Notes: generated by a model not told the origin, from the letters alone. A stretch of 64,000 bases of DNA from Waterburya sp. (GCA_965217895.1 CBDCJV010000002.1:4096001-4160000), one strand, 5' to 3'. Shown: positions 20,072-30,405, counted from the stretch's first letter. Program-made: numbers and translations.

Positions 20072-20306
20072 AAGTAGCAGATAGCAAGGAGCAAGTAGCA
20101 ATTTTACCTCTCGTTAAAACAAGAGGATTGAAACAAAGAAATGTGTTTTATTTTTTTTCGTCTTTAAAGAGCGCAACGCGCAAGCGTTGCCAGTCGTCTT
20201 CGACGACGATCTGAGCCTTTCAGGCTCTGCGCTTTATACCAACTTCGGAGTTTTCTTAATTGCTATCTGCGCGAACTCCACGCGGCTGCTACTTAACTCC
20301 GAAGGA
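20072..20306. repeat. MITE-like repeat, copy 2 (with internal GC-rich insertions)
   Basis: Same core as 17510-17696, plus extra hairpin-rich sequence at about 20170-20230. Confidence 0.75.
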
Positions 20307-20336
20307 ATTAGGTAATTAATTACATTCAAATAGGTT

Positions 20337-20933
20337 ATGTTGATAAATGCCAAGCTTCCCTTAGATAGCGATCGTCTTCAAAGACAAGACCAAACTTTGA
20401 GTTTGGCAGGAATGACTTGGATAGATTACGAAAAATTTAATTCCCAAGAGTACCCAGGCTACAGAGTTTCTTATTTTGATGGAGTAATTACTTTAGTGTC
20501 TCCTAGCAAGAATCACGAGAGAATTGCCCAAACCATTGCTATTTTGGTGTTTACTTACTGTAGAAAGTACAATTTATCCTATTTTCCCTTGGGTTCAACT
20601 CGATTACAAAATAAACCATTAGCGGGAAAAGAGCCAGACGTTAGTTTTGCTTTTGATACTGACAAAGATATTCCTGACTTGGCGGTTGAAGTTATATTTT
20701 CTAGTGGTAGCTTTGACGATCTCGATAAATATCAAGCCATAGGCGTTAACGAAGTTTGGTTCTGGAAAAATCATCAAATTACTTTTTATCAACTGCAAAC
20801 TCAAGGATACATAGAAATTTCTACCAGTAAATTTTTACCTAACTTGTCATCTAAAATATTGGAAAACTTTGTTAACCAAGGACTTACCAAAAGTTTAGTC
20901 ACCATTGAAGCCAATTTTTTACAACAAATTTAA
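20337..20933 (+). CDS. Uma2/DUF820 family endonuclease-like protein
   Basis: PSKNHE, KEPD.SF, PDLAVEV, KY..IGV.EVWFW. Confidence 0.9.
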   Translation: MLINAKLPLDSDRLQRQDQTLSLAGMTWIDYEKFNSQEYPGYRVSYFDGVITLVSPSKNHERIAQTIAILVFTYCRKYNLSYFPLGSTRLQNKPLAGKEPDVSFAFDTDKDIPDLAVEVIFSSGSFDDLDKYQAIGVNEVWFWKNHQITFYQLQTQGYIEISTSKFLPNLSSKILENFVNQGLTKSLVTIEANFLQQI

Positions 20934-20955
20934 CAGTGAACATTGTTCACTGTTA

Positions 20956-21018
20956 AATGCTCGCCCTCGACAATAACCTCAACGGGGGAAACCCCCGCAA
21001 CGGTTTTGTCTCGCAATG
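20956..21018 (+). repeat. ~60-bp dispersed hairpin element (inverted copy at 33137-33199)
   Basis: CCCTCGACAATAACCTCAACGGGGGAAACCCCCGCAACGGTTTTGTCTCGCAATG. Confidence 0.8.
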
Positions 21019-21022
21019 ATAA

Positions 21023-21994
21023 ATGTTTATGAATACTCGACCGACAGTGCTAGTTACCCGCAAGTTACCCGCTGCTGTAGAAACACGTTTAGAAAAAGAT
21101 TATCTGCCCTGTTTGAATCAAGACGATCATCCTTATTCTATAGAAGAGTTATTGCTAGGTAGCCAAGAAGCAGATGCTTTAATCATCACTGGACAAAACT
21201 CTCTTGATGCAGAAGCGATCGCTCAATTACCAGCATCAATTAAGGCGATCGCTACTTTCTGCGTGGGTTACGACCACATCGATCTCGAAGCAGCCAAAAA
21301 GCGTGACATTTACGTAATTAATACTCCCGATGTGCTAACTGACGCTACAGCAGATTTAACCTGGTTATTACTGTTATGTGCTGCCCGTCGCGCCCATGAG
21401 GGAGAACAGTTAATACGTCAGGACAAATGGAGAGATCCTCATCCTACTCAACTACTCGGTACGCAAGTTACGGGGAAACGTCTGGGTATCTTGGGAATGG
21501 GACGAATTGGCAGGGCAGTTGCTCGACGAGCTAAAGCGTTTAAAATGGAAGTTCATTACAGTAATCGTCATCGGCTTTCGCCAGAACAAGAAGGAGGAGC
21601 AATTTTTCACGACGATCCAGAAGAATTATTAAGAGTAAGCGATTTCTTTTCGTTTCACTGTCCTGCCACTCCCGAAACCGAACATTTCCTTAATGCTCGA
21701 CGAATTGAATTATTACCCGATGGGGCGATTATCGTTAATGCAGCCCGTGGTAGTTTGATAGTGGATGAAGATTTAATTGCAGCATTGCGATCGCGCAAAA
21801 TTCAAGCTGCTGGTTTAGATGTATTTGAGGGAGAGCCTGAAATCAATTCTGCTTATCAAACTTTACCCAATGTATTTCTCTTACCGCATATTGGCAGTGC
21901 TACGTTAGAAACTCGCACCCAAATGGGTTTTTTGCTGCTAGATAATTTAGATGCTGTCTTTGCTGGTAAACAACCCCCAAATTCGCTTACCTGA
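21023..21994 (+). CDS. D-2-hydroxyacid dehydrogenase (glyoxylate/hydroxypyruvate reductase, GhrB-like)
   Basis: VGYDHID, NTPDVLTDATAD, GMGRIG, NAARG, AGLDVFEGEP, LPHIGSAT. Confidence 0.9.
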   Translation: MFMNTRPTVLVTRKLPAAVETRLEKDYLPCLNQDDHPYSIEELLLGSQEADALIITGQNSLDAEAIAQLPASIKAIATFCVGYDHIDLEAAKKRDIYVINTPDVLTDATADLTWLLLLCAARRAHEGEQLIRQDKWRDPHPTQLLGTQVTGKRLGILGMGRIGRAVARRAKAFKMEVHYSNRHRLSPEQEGGAIFHDDPEELLRVSDFFSFHCPATPETEHFLNARRIELLPDGAIIVNAARGSLIVDEDLIAALRSRKIQAAGLDVFEGEPEINSAYQTLPNVFLLPHIGSATLETRTQMGFLLLDNLDAVFAGKQPPNSLT

Positions 21995-22038
21995 CCTATA
22001 AAACATTGATAAATCTGAGGTATTTTGCTCTTCCTAGA

Positions 22039-22063
22039 GTGTATGATGTGCATATACATACAC
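22039..22063. promoter_or_regulatory. Palindrome upstream of vapB, probable autoregulatory operator
   Basis: GTGTATG-N11-CATACAC just 5' of the vapB ATG. Confidence 0.5.
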
Positions 22064-22075
22064 ATTGTTGCGGTT

Positions 22076-22273
22076 ATGAGAACTAATATTGAAATTGATG
22101 ATGAATTAATGCAAGAAGCCTTTAGTCTAACTAATGTGAGAACTAAAAAAGAACTGGTTCATTTGGCTCTACAAGAATTTATCAAAGCCAAAAAGAAAAA
22201 AGACCTGCTTGAGTTAAGTGGAAAAATTCAATTTCATGAAGGTTATGATTACAAGTCTTTAAGAGGCAATTAA
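22076..22273 (+). CDS. vapB: VapB antitoxin (DUF2191-type)
   Basis: MRTNIEIDDELM..A....TKKELVHLAL; directly upstream of the PIN toxin. Confidence 0.88.
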   Translation: MRTNIEIDDELMQEAFSLTNVRTKKELVHLALQEFIKAKKKKDLLELSGKIQFHEGYDYKSLRGN

Positions 22274-22275
22274 CC

Positions 22276-22671
22276 ATGTTGTTAATTGATACTTCGGTTT
22301 GGATTAAATTATTTCGTGAGGAGAACAACGATTTTAAGCAGACTTTAACGGAGATTATTGACGGCAGAGATTATTATTTATCTCGATTTACCCAAACTGA
22401 GTTATTGCAAGGTTGTAGAAACGAACAAGAATGGTCGCAGCTAAATAGTTACCTGGAAACTCAAAACTATATTAATCCTAGCCTCCAATCATGGACTCAA
22501 GCAGCTCGTCTTTATTTTGAGCTTCGTCGTCAGGGAATTACGGTTCGTAATACTATTGATTGCCTAATTGCAGCTTTGACTATTGAGCATAAATTGCTGC
22601 TGATACATATCGATCGCGATTTTGAAGCGATCGCTCAGGGCGTAGCTCTCAATCAAATTCGACTTGATTAG
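22276..22671 (+). CDS. vapC: VapC PIN-domain toxin
   Basis: LIDTSVWI, ELLQG, IDCLIA, DRDF. Confidence 0.9.
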   Translation: MLLIDTSVWIKLFREENNDFKQTLTEIIDGRDYYLSRFTQTELLQGCRNEQEWSQLNSYLETQNYINPSLQSWTQAARLYFELRRQGITVRNTIDCLIAALTIEHKLLLIHIDRDFEAIAQGVALNQIRLD

Positions 22672-22683
22672 CGATCCTCACAC

Positions 22684-23259
22684 TCACTTTAAAGCTTTTA
22701 GCATCATATTTTTAGCTTTTGAGGTTGCCTGGGTAAAAACATTTGTATCATCAGTAGCTTGTGCCATTACAAGTCCACCTTGAATTGCCACCATCGAACA
22801 CTGTGCTAAGTGTCGGCTTTCTTTTTCTGACAAGCCTTGGTTCTGTAAATAAGTAGTAATAGCCTCAATCCATCGTTTAAAATAGCTTTTAATCTCAGAT
22901 GAAAACGGTTCTCTAGCTTCATAAAGAGCAAAAGCTCCAAATAAACAGATTCTTTGTCCACTATCAAAATATGTATCGACTGCTGTAAACATCTTACCTA
23001 AGACTTTTTCTGGGACATCATTTGTATCTAAGGGAGCAAATATATTTTCTTCAAACCAGCAGTCAATCTGTTTCAATACGGCTTTGGCAATATCTTCTTT
23101 TCCTGCTGGAAAATAATTATAAAGACTTCCTTTTCCTAAACCAGAAGCCTTCATAATTTGAGCGTAGGATGTGCCATGATAACCTTGTTCCCTAAATAAC
23201 TCAGCTATAGCTGCAATAGCTCGCGCTTTGTCAATTTTGGGTGCAGGCATAATTTTCAA
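22684..23259 (-). CDS. TetR/AcrR family regulator
   Basis: LFREQGYHGTS...SGLGKGSLYNYF..GKE HTH. Confidence 0.9.
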   Translation of the reverse strand: MKIMPAPKIDKARAIAAIAELFREQGYHGTSYAQIMKASGLGKGSLYNYFPAGKEDIAKAVLKQIDCWFEENIFAPLDTNDVPEKVLGKMFTAVDTYFDSGQRICLFGAFALYEAREPFSSEIKSYFKRWIEAITTYLQNQGLSEKESRHLAQCSMVAIQGGLVMAQATDDTNVFTQATSKAKNMMLKALK

Positions 23260-23266
23260 GACCTAA

Positions 23267-23731
23267 TTACGTTAAACCTGGGTGGTCTTCTGGTCTTATA
23301 TTTCCCGACCAAAAGAATTTACGTTTCTCTACTTTAATTTTAACGTCATTAATACTCGCTTCTCGACGAGACATCAAGCCATTTTCATCAAATTCCCATA
23401 ATTCATTTCCATGAGCGCGATAGCATTGCTCTGAATCATCATGCCATTCATACTGAAAACGTACTGCTATTTTGTTGTCGTCAAATGCCCACAACTCTTT
23501 TATAAGCCGATAATCTAGTTCTTTATGCCATTTTCGTGTCAAGAATTCTACTATCTTATCGCGACCTTGAAAAAATTCGTCACGATTACGCCATACACTA
23601 TCAAATGTATAAGCTAATGCTACTTGTTGAGGATTGCGAGTATTCCAGGCATTCTCTGCCATTCGCACTTTTTGAATTGCTGTGTCTCGATTGAAAGGGG
23701 GAAGTGGTAAGCGTTGTTCTATTTCATTCAT
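23267..23731 (-). CDS. DUF1348 (NTF2/SnoaL-like) protein
   Basis: PLPPF...[47 protein letters not shown]. Confidence 0.9.
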   Translation of the reverse strand: MNEIEQRLPLPPFNRDTAIQKVRMAENAWNTRNPQQVALAYTFDSVWRNRDEFFQGRDKIVEFLTRKWHKELDYRLIKELWAFDDNKIAVRFQYEWHDDSEQCYRAHGNELWEFDENGLMSRREASINDVKIKVEKRKFFWSGNIRPEDHPGLT

Positions 23732-23746
23732 TTTCTATTAAACCTT

Positions 23747-23784
23747 TTGGTACAATGTCAATTGTATTGTACCAATTAGTAAAA
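23747..23784. promoter_or_regulatory. Inverted repeat, probable TetR operator of the DUF1348-tetR operon
   Basis: TTGGTACAAT-N9-ATTGTACCAA just upstream of the DUF1348 start. Confidence 0.5.
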
Positions 23785-23873
23785 TAATTTAAAAACCTTT
23801 TTCAACTTTAACTGTGTCCGCTACAGATTGATTGTAGGGGCGAACGGCTGTTCGCAATCTGTCTTTTTTATTA

Positions 23874-24746
23874 TTAAGACAGTTCTTCGTCGATTCGTTT
23901 TACTTCTTCAGTAGAGAGTTCCAAATCTACTGCTTTAACCGAATCTTCGATACTAGAAATATGGCTCGCACCAGGAATCGGCACGATACAGTCATATTTG
24001 GCTCGCAACCATGCTAAAACTATTTGATAAACCGAAACCTCTCTATCTTTAGCCAACTCGGCAATAACTTGAATATTCTGCAAACGACTAACGCGACTGC
24101 TTCCTCCTAGAGGACTCCAGGGAAAGAAAATTAATCCTTCTTTTGCACAATAATCTAACACCCCATCAAATTCGGGTTGACGATGCCAGGGATTGTATTG
24201 ATTCTGTACAGAGACAATATCTACTACTTGACGAGCCTGTTTAATTTGTTCGACAGTAAAGTTAGAAACGCCAACGTAGCGTATCAATCCTTGTTCTACA
24301 GCTTCTTTTGCTGGAGTTAGGGCTTCTTCAATTGTATAGTTGGTATCTGGTGCATGATATTGCCAAAGATCGATAGGTTCAGAACCCTTCAGAATTACAT
24401 GGCTTTCGCGAATGGTTTTCTGTAAGCGATCTGGATTGCCGTCTTGAGTCCATCTGCCTTCAGGACGCAACAAACCCCCTTTGGTGGCAACCGTAACCAA
24501 ACTTGTATCTCCTGAATACTGTTGCAGTGCTTTAGCAATCAGGCTTTCATTATGATGTTTGTCGGATTCATCTCGGCAATAAGCGTCAGACGTATCGATT
24601 AAAGTCACGCCAAGATCGAGAGCTTTATGGATAACGGAAATTGCCTCTGATTCTGGCGGACGACCTGATATTGATAGCGGCATTGCACCTAAACCGATCG
24701 CACTTATCTGGCGATCTCTACCTAGCTGTTTATATTTCACGAGCAA
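23874..24746 (-). CDS. Aldo/keto reductase
   Basis: IGLGAM, IDTSDAY, ATKGG, GVSNF, SVQNQY, PWSPLGG, PIPG. Confidence 0.92.
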   Translation of the reverse strand: MLVKYKQLGRDRQISAIGLGAMPLSISGRPPESEAISVIHKALDLGVTLIDTSDAYCRDESDKHHNESLIAKALQQYSGDTSLVTVATKGGLLRPEGRWTQDGNPDRLQKTIRESHVILKGSEPIDLWQYHAPDTNYTIEEALTPAKEAVEQGLIRYVGVSNFTVEQIKQARQVVDIVSVQNQYNPWHRQPEFDGVLDYCAKEGLIFFPWSPLGGSSRVSRLQNIQVIAELAKDREVSVYQIVLAWLRAKYDCIVPIPGASHISSIEDSVKAVDLELSTEEVKRIDEELS

Positions 24747-25066
24747 TCTTTAATTTTCAATTGAATTATTTCTATTTACTCTTAGGGCAACTAGAAATTT
24801 ATCTATCCTAAGTATTAACATTGGCTGAGGCAAAGATTTGTGCTGCTGTTAGATTCAGTTCTTTAAACTGTGGCGATTGATCGCACTAGCTCTTCACGCC
24901 TTTGTGCGAGACAATATTGTCTTTATGAGCGCAACTTAGTATAAGACCCGTCCCGTTAAAAGAACTGTCGAGTATGACATGAAACTAGATTCTAAACACC
25001 TGATTGAATTGATGGAAATATTACAGGTAGAGGAAATAGAGAAGCTTACAAGCTACTTTCTGCTTC

Positions 25067-26209
25067 CTACTCCCTACTCAAAACATAGTTCGGCGCGTCA
25101 GAATGAATTGGTGCAATACGGTTTTTAAGAAATCCACCCTGGCGATTTTGGCTAACGGCTTGAATTTCGGCAATGATCGAAAGGGCAATTTCTTCGGGAT
25201 TATCTGCACCTATGTCTAATCCTACAGGACTATATAATTGCTTAGGCCGATCGATAAGTCCCTCATACTTCAAATCTTGTAGTAATCTATTAGTTCTTTT
25301 TTTAGGGCCGAGAATACCAAGATATTTTAAGTCAATAGTATTTATAGCCTGCAAGAATTCTAGATCGTAGAGATAATTATGGCTCATTACCACGGCTACG
25401 GTTTGGTCATTAAAATCAACACGGGAGTGGGAAATGGCTTCATCGGCAGTTCCCAGGATAACGCGATCGCATTCTTGAAAACGTTCTTTTGTCTGAGGGC
25501 GTGCTTGAGGATCGATGACAGTGACGTACCAGCCTAATTCTTTGGCGAAATGAACTACGGGTAGCGTATCAAAACCCGCACCAAAAATAATTAAATTAAT
25601 TGGTGGAATAATTACTTCTAGAAAAACTTCTGCTGTCTCCTCGGTTAGTATATAAGCTCGCGATCTAGACTTTTTTTGTTGTAATACCAATTGAAGATCT
25701 TGTTTGGAGATCGCTTCTAATTCTGAATTATTAATATTAGAAACGATACTGCCATCTGGATAAAGTAAAACGCGGTTAATATTCTTTTTTACTTCAGTCG
25801 TCTCTACGTTGAATACAGTTGCTACCGCACCTGCTTGTCTAGTCGATAAACACCGTTCTATGACGCTTAAAGCATTTAGTTGTTCTGCATTCAATCGCTC
25901 AATGAGAATATAGGCTACACCTTGACAGCCCAAGCCCAAACCCCAGATTAGGTCATCTTCGTCAGTAGTGTCATATTTAACCAGGCTAGGTATGCCAGTT
26001 TTGAGAACGACCTGCGATCGCTTTACAACATCGCTTTCTAAACAGCCACCGCTAATCGTTCCTACCTGTTGACCATCGGAGGTTATCAACATTCTCGCTC
26101 CAGGACGACGATATGCTGAACCTTCTACCTTAACTAAAGTTGCTAAAGCTGCTGTTTGTCTCTCTTGAAGCTGTTTCCAAACTATAACAATATCTTGTAA
26201 TTCTTTCAT
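25067..26209 (-). CDS. XdhC/CoxI family Moco-insertion chaperone
   Basis: GSAYRRPGARM, ISGGCLE, GLGC.G, YLGILGP, PVGLDIGADNPEEIALSIIAEI; start taken at the internal Met (MKELQ). Confidence 0.9.
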   Translation of the reverse strand: MKELQDIVIVWKQLQERQTAALATLVKVEGSAYRRPGARMLITSDGQQVGTISGGCLESDVVKRSQVVLKTGIPSLVKYDTTDEDDLIWGLGLGCQGVAYILIERLNAEQLNALSVIERCLSTRQAGAVATVFNVETTEVKKNINRVLLYPDGSIVSNINNSELEAISKQDLQLVLQQKKSRSRAYILTEETAEVFLEVIIPPINLIIFGAGFDTLPVVHFAKELGWYVTVIDPQARPQTKERFQECDRVILGTADEAISHSRVDFNDQTVAVVMSHNYLYDLEFLQAINTIDLKYLGILGPKKRTNRLLQDLKYEGLIDRPKQLYSPVGLDIGADNPEEIALSIIAEIQAVSQNRQGGFLKNRIAPIHSDAPNYVLSRE

Positions 26210-26310
26210 AAGCTTTAACGTCGATAGTTTAGCGATTGGACATGGAGTCTTTGACCTAAGTTTTGTATACAAGTCATTCATTTGTCGCCAAACTGTTTTT
26301 TTGCCTAATC

Positions 26311-26595
26311 TTAACTTCGAGGATTATGAGCTTCCATATACGCTCGTAGTAACTTATTAATTTGAGTCTGATAGCCTTTACCTTGAGATTTGAACCAATT
26401 TAAAACATCGCGATCGATTCGCAAAGTAACTTGAGACTTCTTTCGATCTTGAGGTAAACCCTTTCTGACTAATGCTTTGGCAAATTGCTCTGGCGTAATC
26501 TCAGGACAATCGGATAGATCGATCTCTTCGTCAGTCATAAGATCGAGCCTGTTCCAGTCTGTTTTAGATTTGCTCGAAGTAGGTTCTTTGTTCAT
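26311..26595 (-). CDS. brnA: BrnA antitoxin
   Basis: SKTDW.RL, VTLRIDRDVLNWFK..GKGYQT.IN.LLR. Confidence 0.9.
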   Translation of the reverse strand: MNKEPTSSKSKTDWNRLDLMTDEEIDLSDCPEITPEQFAKALVRKGLPQDRKKSQVTLRIDRDVLNWFKSQGKGYQTQINKLLRAYMEAHNPRS

Positions 26596-26833
26596 ATTTA
26601 GTTGCTTTTCTGAGTGAAATGATGCGGATGAGATCTTCACTTTCTGTATGAACAATGGCAACAACGCGCCCTTGAAGCAAACCAAAAGTTACGAATCTTT
26701 CTTCTCCATAATCAAATCGGTCGTTTTCAATAGTTAGGATCGCTCCGTTAAAAACTGGCGGAACATCTAGAAAATCTATACCGTGCTTACAGAGATTAGA
26801 AATTCGTTTTGATTTATCCTATTCAAATTGCAT
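26564..26833 (-). pseudogene. brnT: BrnT toxin with premature amber stop at codon 5
   Basis: MQFE*DKSKRISNLCKHGIDF...DRFDYGEERFVTFG...RIISLRKATKYE; TAG at 26819-26821 where the family has Trp (FEWD). Confidence 0.88.
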
Positions 26834-26838
26834 ATTCT

Positions 26839-26869
26839 ATATTGTAACTACAAATTGTCGTTACAATAT
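26839..26869. promoter_or_regulatory. Palindromic brnTA operator candidate
   Basis: ATATTGTAAC-N11-GTTACAATAT immediately upstream of the brnT ATG. Confidence 0.55.
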
Positions 26870-27205
26870 TATGAATCTAATTAATTTTATAGTTTTTCAA
26901 TGAACTGCTTTTGTTTATTTATAGTTTGACTACCACTTAATTATGCTGCGTTTAGCAAACTAAGAAACTCACTGTTTTTCTAAGTCAGTGGGAGACTCCG
27001 CAACAAAAATGCGTCCTTGTTCGGTAGTAAACTGGTAGTCATGCCACAGGGTTCTGCATGATCGCCGACTGCTACCTCGCTATTACTTCTCGCCTCTTTA
27101 TTAATATTTAACTTCACTGCGATCGCTTTAACTAAGCGCGTTAATAATATAGTTACATTGAACATCAATCGCTAAAACCATGATTTAAACTAGCCGAAAA
27201 TGGCA

Positions 27206-30200
27206 CTATCTGCGTGCTAACAAGGCTGCTACTGTATCAATTAATTCTTGTGGCTGAACGGGTTTTCCCAGATAGTCTGTTGCACCTAATCGTTTAGCTT
27301 CTTGCTTATGGCGATCGCCTGTACGCGAAGTTGCCATAATTACTGGCGTATTTTTAAAAGCGGGCTGGGCGCGGACTTTTGCTAATAGTTCAAAGCCATT
27401 GAGTCGAGGCATTTCCACATCGGAAACAATCAAATCGATTCTGCCTGTATATTGTTCTGTTTGCTCTAACGCTTCTTGTCCATCACGGCATACAATTACT
27501 TTGTAACCAACAGCAGTTAATATTTTATCCAACATTTTTCTCGTAGCAATAGAATCCTCGGCAATTAAGATAGTAGAGGTGTTGCTGGCTTGAGTAACGG
27601 ATTTTGCTTTGAGTGAACCTGTGGTAACAGCACTTTGCTCCAAGCCTTGAGGCAGAATTACGGGAATTACTTCTCCTGAGCCTAGTACAGTACAGCCTAC
27701 CATATAAGCTGGTACGGGAATAGTTTCATCAAAAGGTTTAATAATCAATTTTTCTTCTTTGACAATGGCATCTACCACAATTGTCACAGGTTCAAAGGCT
27801 GTTTCTAAAACGATCGCAACTTTCTCTAAGCTCAGTTGAAAAGGTTCTCTGGGACAGGGAAACAGATTAGAGGCAGAAGTTAAGGTAACAACTCGATTGT
27901 GCCAATTGATATATTGTTTCCGCTCATCGGTAAAGTCCAATTCCCGATAGGGCAGTATTTCTAAAACGCTAGTGTGAGGAAAAGCTATAATTTGATTCTG
28001 TAGCTGAACCAGTAACAAAGACTGTAGGCTGAGGTTTAAAGGTAAGGTGATTGTAAACGTCGTGCCTAAACCAGCATCAGTTTGGATCTGTAATTGACCT
28101 TTCAATTGACGAATTAAATTGAGGACAATATCTAGCCCCATACCTCGACCAGAAATATCACTAACTTTGGCTGCGGTAGAAAAATCAGGCTCAAAAATCC
28201 AGTTTAAAATTTCTCCTGGCTGAAAGTCTTTAATTGATTTTTCGGGAGGACAAATTCCTCTCTCTACTGCACGATTGTAGACTTTTTCAATACTAATTCC
28301 TCCTCCATCATCTTTGATCGTAATTACTAAGCTATTTCTTTGTAGCTTGGAAGTTAACTGTATAATTGCCGTTTCTGGTTTCTTAGCAGCAAGACGCTCG
28401 TATTTGGACTCGATACCATGATCGAAAGCGTTATTGAGCAGATGAGTTAAGGGAGTTTGTAGCTGTTCGAGTAATATTTGATCGACAGGAGTATTTTTTC
28501 CTTCAATTTTTAAATCAACTAGCTTATCAAATCGTTGACTTAAGCCAATAATTTGGGGAACAAACCTTTTAGCTAACAAATCAAAAGGAACTAGTCGTGA
28601 ATCAGTAACTTCAGAATATAGGTTGTCTAGATTATTGCGAGTTTGTTCAATATCTTCAGCAAACTCTCGCTCGACAAAATCAATGTCAGTGCGAGTTTCT
28701 TGGATCTGGAGCATTAATTCTTGAAACAATTGCAGGCTACTGTGTAAATCTGTGTAGCGATCCATTTCCAAAGAATCGAAGCCTTCGTTAGCTTTTTGAG
28801 CATTACCTATGGTTGGGGATACATCACCAGAACCAATTGCCAGGCGATCGTATAAATTCTGAATTTGCTCTCGAATCGGTTCAAACTGACGGGTCAGCGA
28901 TCGCAAGCGACGATTTGCTTGGTTTAACTGTTGTTGTTGGCGACCAAAACGAGAGTAGGTCAAAATCAACTCCTCTACGTTGTTGGTCATGTCCTGTAGT
29001 CTTTCTAAGGGAATTTTTAGCTGATTAGCAGCAGGCTTTTTAGATTCTTCTGCTACTTTGGTAATCATTTTAGCTGCGGACACCTCAGCAGGGGCAAACA
29101 TTACGGTAGCTGGTGCGGCCTCATCCTCTTCATCTTCAGAGCCAAAAAATCCTGCTTCATCTAGTTCCTCATTTTCGTCTAATTCCTGCTCTACATCTTC
29201 GCTATATAATTCTTCTGCATCTTCTTCACTATCAATCAATGCCTGCTCATTAACCCCTGTCAAATTCTCTAAATAAGAATCGCGCCGTTGACGAATCTGC
29301 TGGGCTAATTCCTGTACTGTTAATAAAGCTTCTAGAGGATCGGCTTCAGCTATCAGCGTGCCGATTTCTGATACCGCTTCAATTAACCAAGGCAAGGATA
29401 AAGTTTCCCCAAAAAAAGTACATTCATCCCCAAAGCCAGTCACCGCCTCATTGATAACTTCTTCTGGCGTATCTAAAGCTAAGTCTAAGATCCCTTGGCA
29501 TAAGTCTTCTAAATCCTGATTAAGAGTGTTGGCGACAAATTCATAGTTATTTGCTGTTTCTGGTTCAGACTCTTGATTAACATCAATATTGCTGAGATAA
29601 TCTGCAATCTCAGTTCTTAGCTGGGTAATAATTTCTTTGGTTAGTAACAATGCTTCAACCGCATCCGATTCTTGTAGAGTCTCGGTAATTGGTGCAGCAA
29701 CTTCTCCTAACCAGGATAAATCCAGAGTTTCTGCCAAGAACGTACATTCATCAGCAAATCCTGACAAAAGAGACTCAATAACTTCTTCGGGGGTATCTAG
29801 CTCTAATTCTTCAATAACCACAAAGCTATTTTCTAAGTCTACGGTCAAGGTACTGTAAACCAGGGCATCTTGGCTACTATTGTCGTCACTTTCCCCAGTA
29901 GAATATTCAGAATATTCCTGGGTATCTGAACTAAAGCCGACCAAAGACTCTAGAGCCGTAATTAATTCAGGATTGGCGATCGCATTATCTACCGTGCGAG
30001 CCTGACTTAAAATATAGCCTACTTCGTCAATACTTTTTTCTACTAACGCCCAAGCCAAATCTAGTTCGGCAATTTTTCCTTCCTGAATCCCTAGCATCAC
30101 GTCTTCTAATTTATGAGCTAAGTTTTGCAGGCTAGTCAAACAAGCTAAACCTGCTCCCCCTTTAAGAGAATGGGCAGCCCGCAATAAATCAGTAAAATTA

Positions 30201-30328
30201 GGATCGGCACGATCTTGTAAACCTTGTTCGAGCATCTGAAGATATTCGGGAGCATCTTCATCTAAAAAGCACTGGCGGGCTTCGGCGGTAATAGCGGCGA
30301 GAATTTCAGGGTCTAACTGGGAACTCAT
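27206..30328 (-). CDS. cheA: CheA-like hybrid kinase (Hpt-HATPase-CheW-REC)
   Basis: RAAHSLKG, HLLNNAFDHG, DDGGGI, SGRGMGLD, C-terminal receiver. Confidence 0.93.
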   Translation of the reverse strand: MSSQLDPEILAAITAEARQCFLDEDAPEYLQMLEQGLQDRADPNFTDLLRAAHSLKGGAGLACLTSLQNLAHKLEDVMLGIQEGKIAELDLAWALVEKSIDEVGYILSQARTVDNAIANPELITALESLVGFSSDTQEYSEYSTGESDDNSSQDALVYSTLTVDLENSFVVIEELELDTPEEVIESLLSGFADECTFLAETLDLSWLGEVAAPITETLQESDAVEALLLTKEIITQLRTEIADYLSNIDVNQESEPETANNYEFVANTLNQDLEDLCQGILDLALDTPEEVINEAVTGFGDECTFFGETLSLPWLIEAVSEIGTLIAEADPLEALLTVQELAQQIRQRRDSYLENLTGVNEQALIDSEEDAEELYSEDVEQELDENEELDEAGFFGSEDEEDEAAPATVMFAPAEVSAAKMITKVAEESKKPAANQLKIPLERLQDMTNNVEELILTYSRFGRQQQQLNQANRRLRSLTRQFEPIREQIQNLYDRLAIGSGDVSPTIGNAQKANEGFDSLEMDRYTDLHSSLQLFQELMLQIQETRTDIDFVEREFAEDIEQTRNNLDNLYSEVTDSRLVPFDLLAKRFVPQIIGLSQRFDKLVDLKIEGKNTPVDQILLEQLQTPLTHLLNNAFDHGIESKYERLAAKKPETAIIQLTSKLQRNSLVITIKDDGGGISIEKVYNRAVERGICPPEKSIKDFQPGEILNWIFEPDFSTAAKVSDISGRGMGLDIVLNLIRQLKGQLQIQTDAGLGTTFTITLPLNLSLQSLLLVQLQNQIIAFPHTSVLEILPYRELDFTDERKQYINWHNRVVTLTSASNLFPCPREPFQLSLEKVAIVLETAFEPVTIVVDAIVKEEKLIIKPFDETIPVPAYMVGCTVLGSGEVIPVILPQGLEQSAVTTGSLKAKSVTQASNTSTILIAEDSIATRKMLDKILTAVGYKVIVCRDGQEALEQTEQYTGRIDLIVSDVEMPRLNGFELLAKVRAQPAFKNTPVIMATSRTGDRHKQEAKRLGATDYLGKPVQPQELIDTVAALLARR

Positions 30329-30405
30329 GTTGGATAAGACTGCGCCTTGGTAAGATTAGTTAGGTAATAAAAAGTTTGTTTAAAGCTATGAAGCTTTTCT
30401 TAAGC

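Noticed and set aside
24885..25040. Possible IS end between the aldo/keto reductase and xdhC
   Set aside because: No partner inverted repeat or transposase frame could be identified.
26980..27168. 62-aa minus-strand ORF
   Set aside because: No recognisable motif or RBS; likely spurious or decayed sequence.
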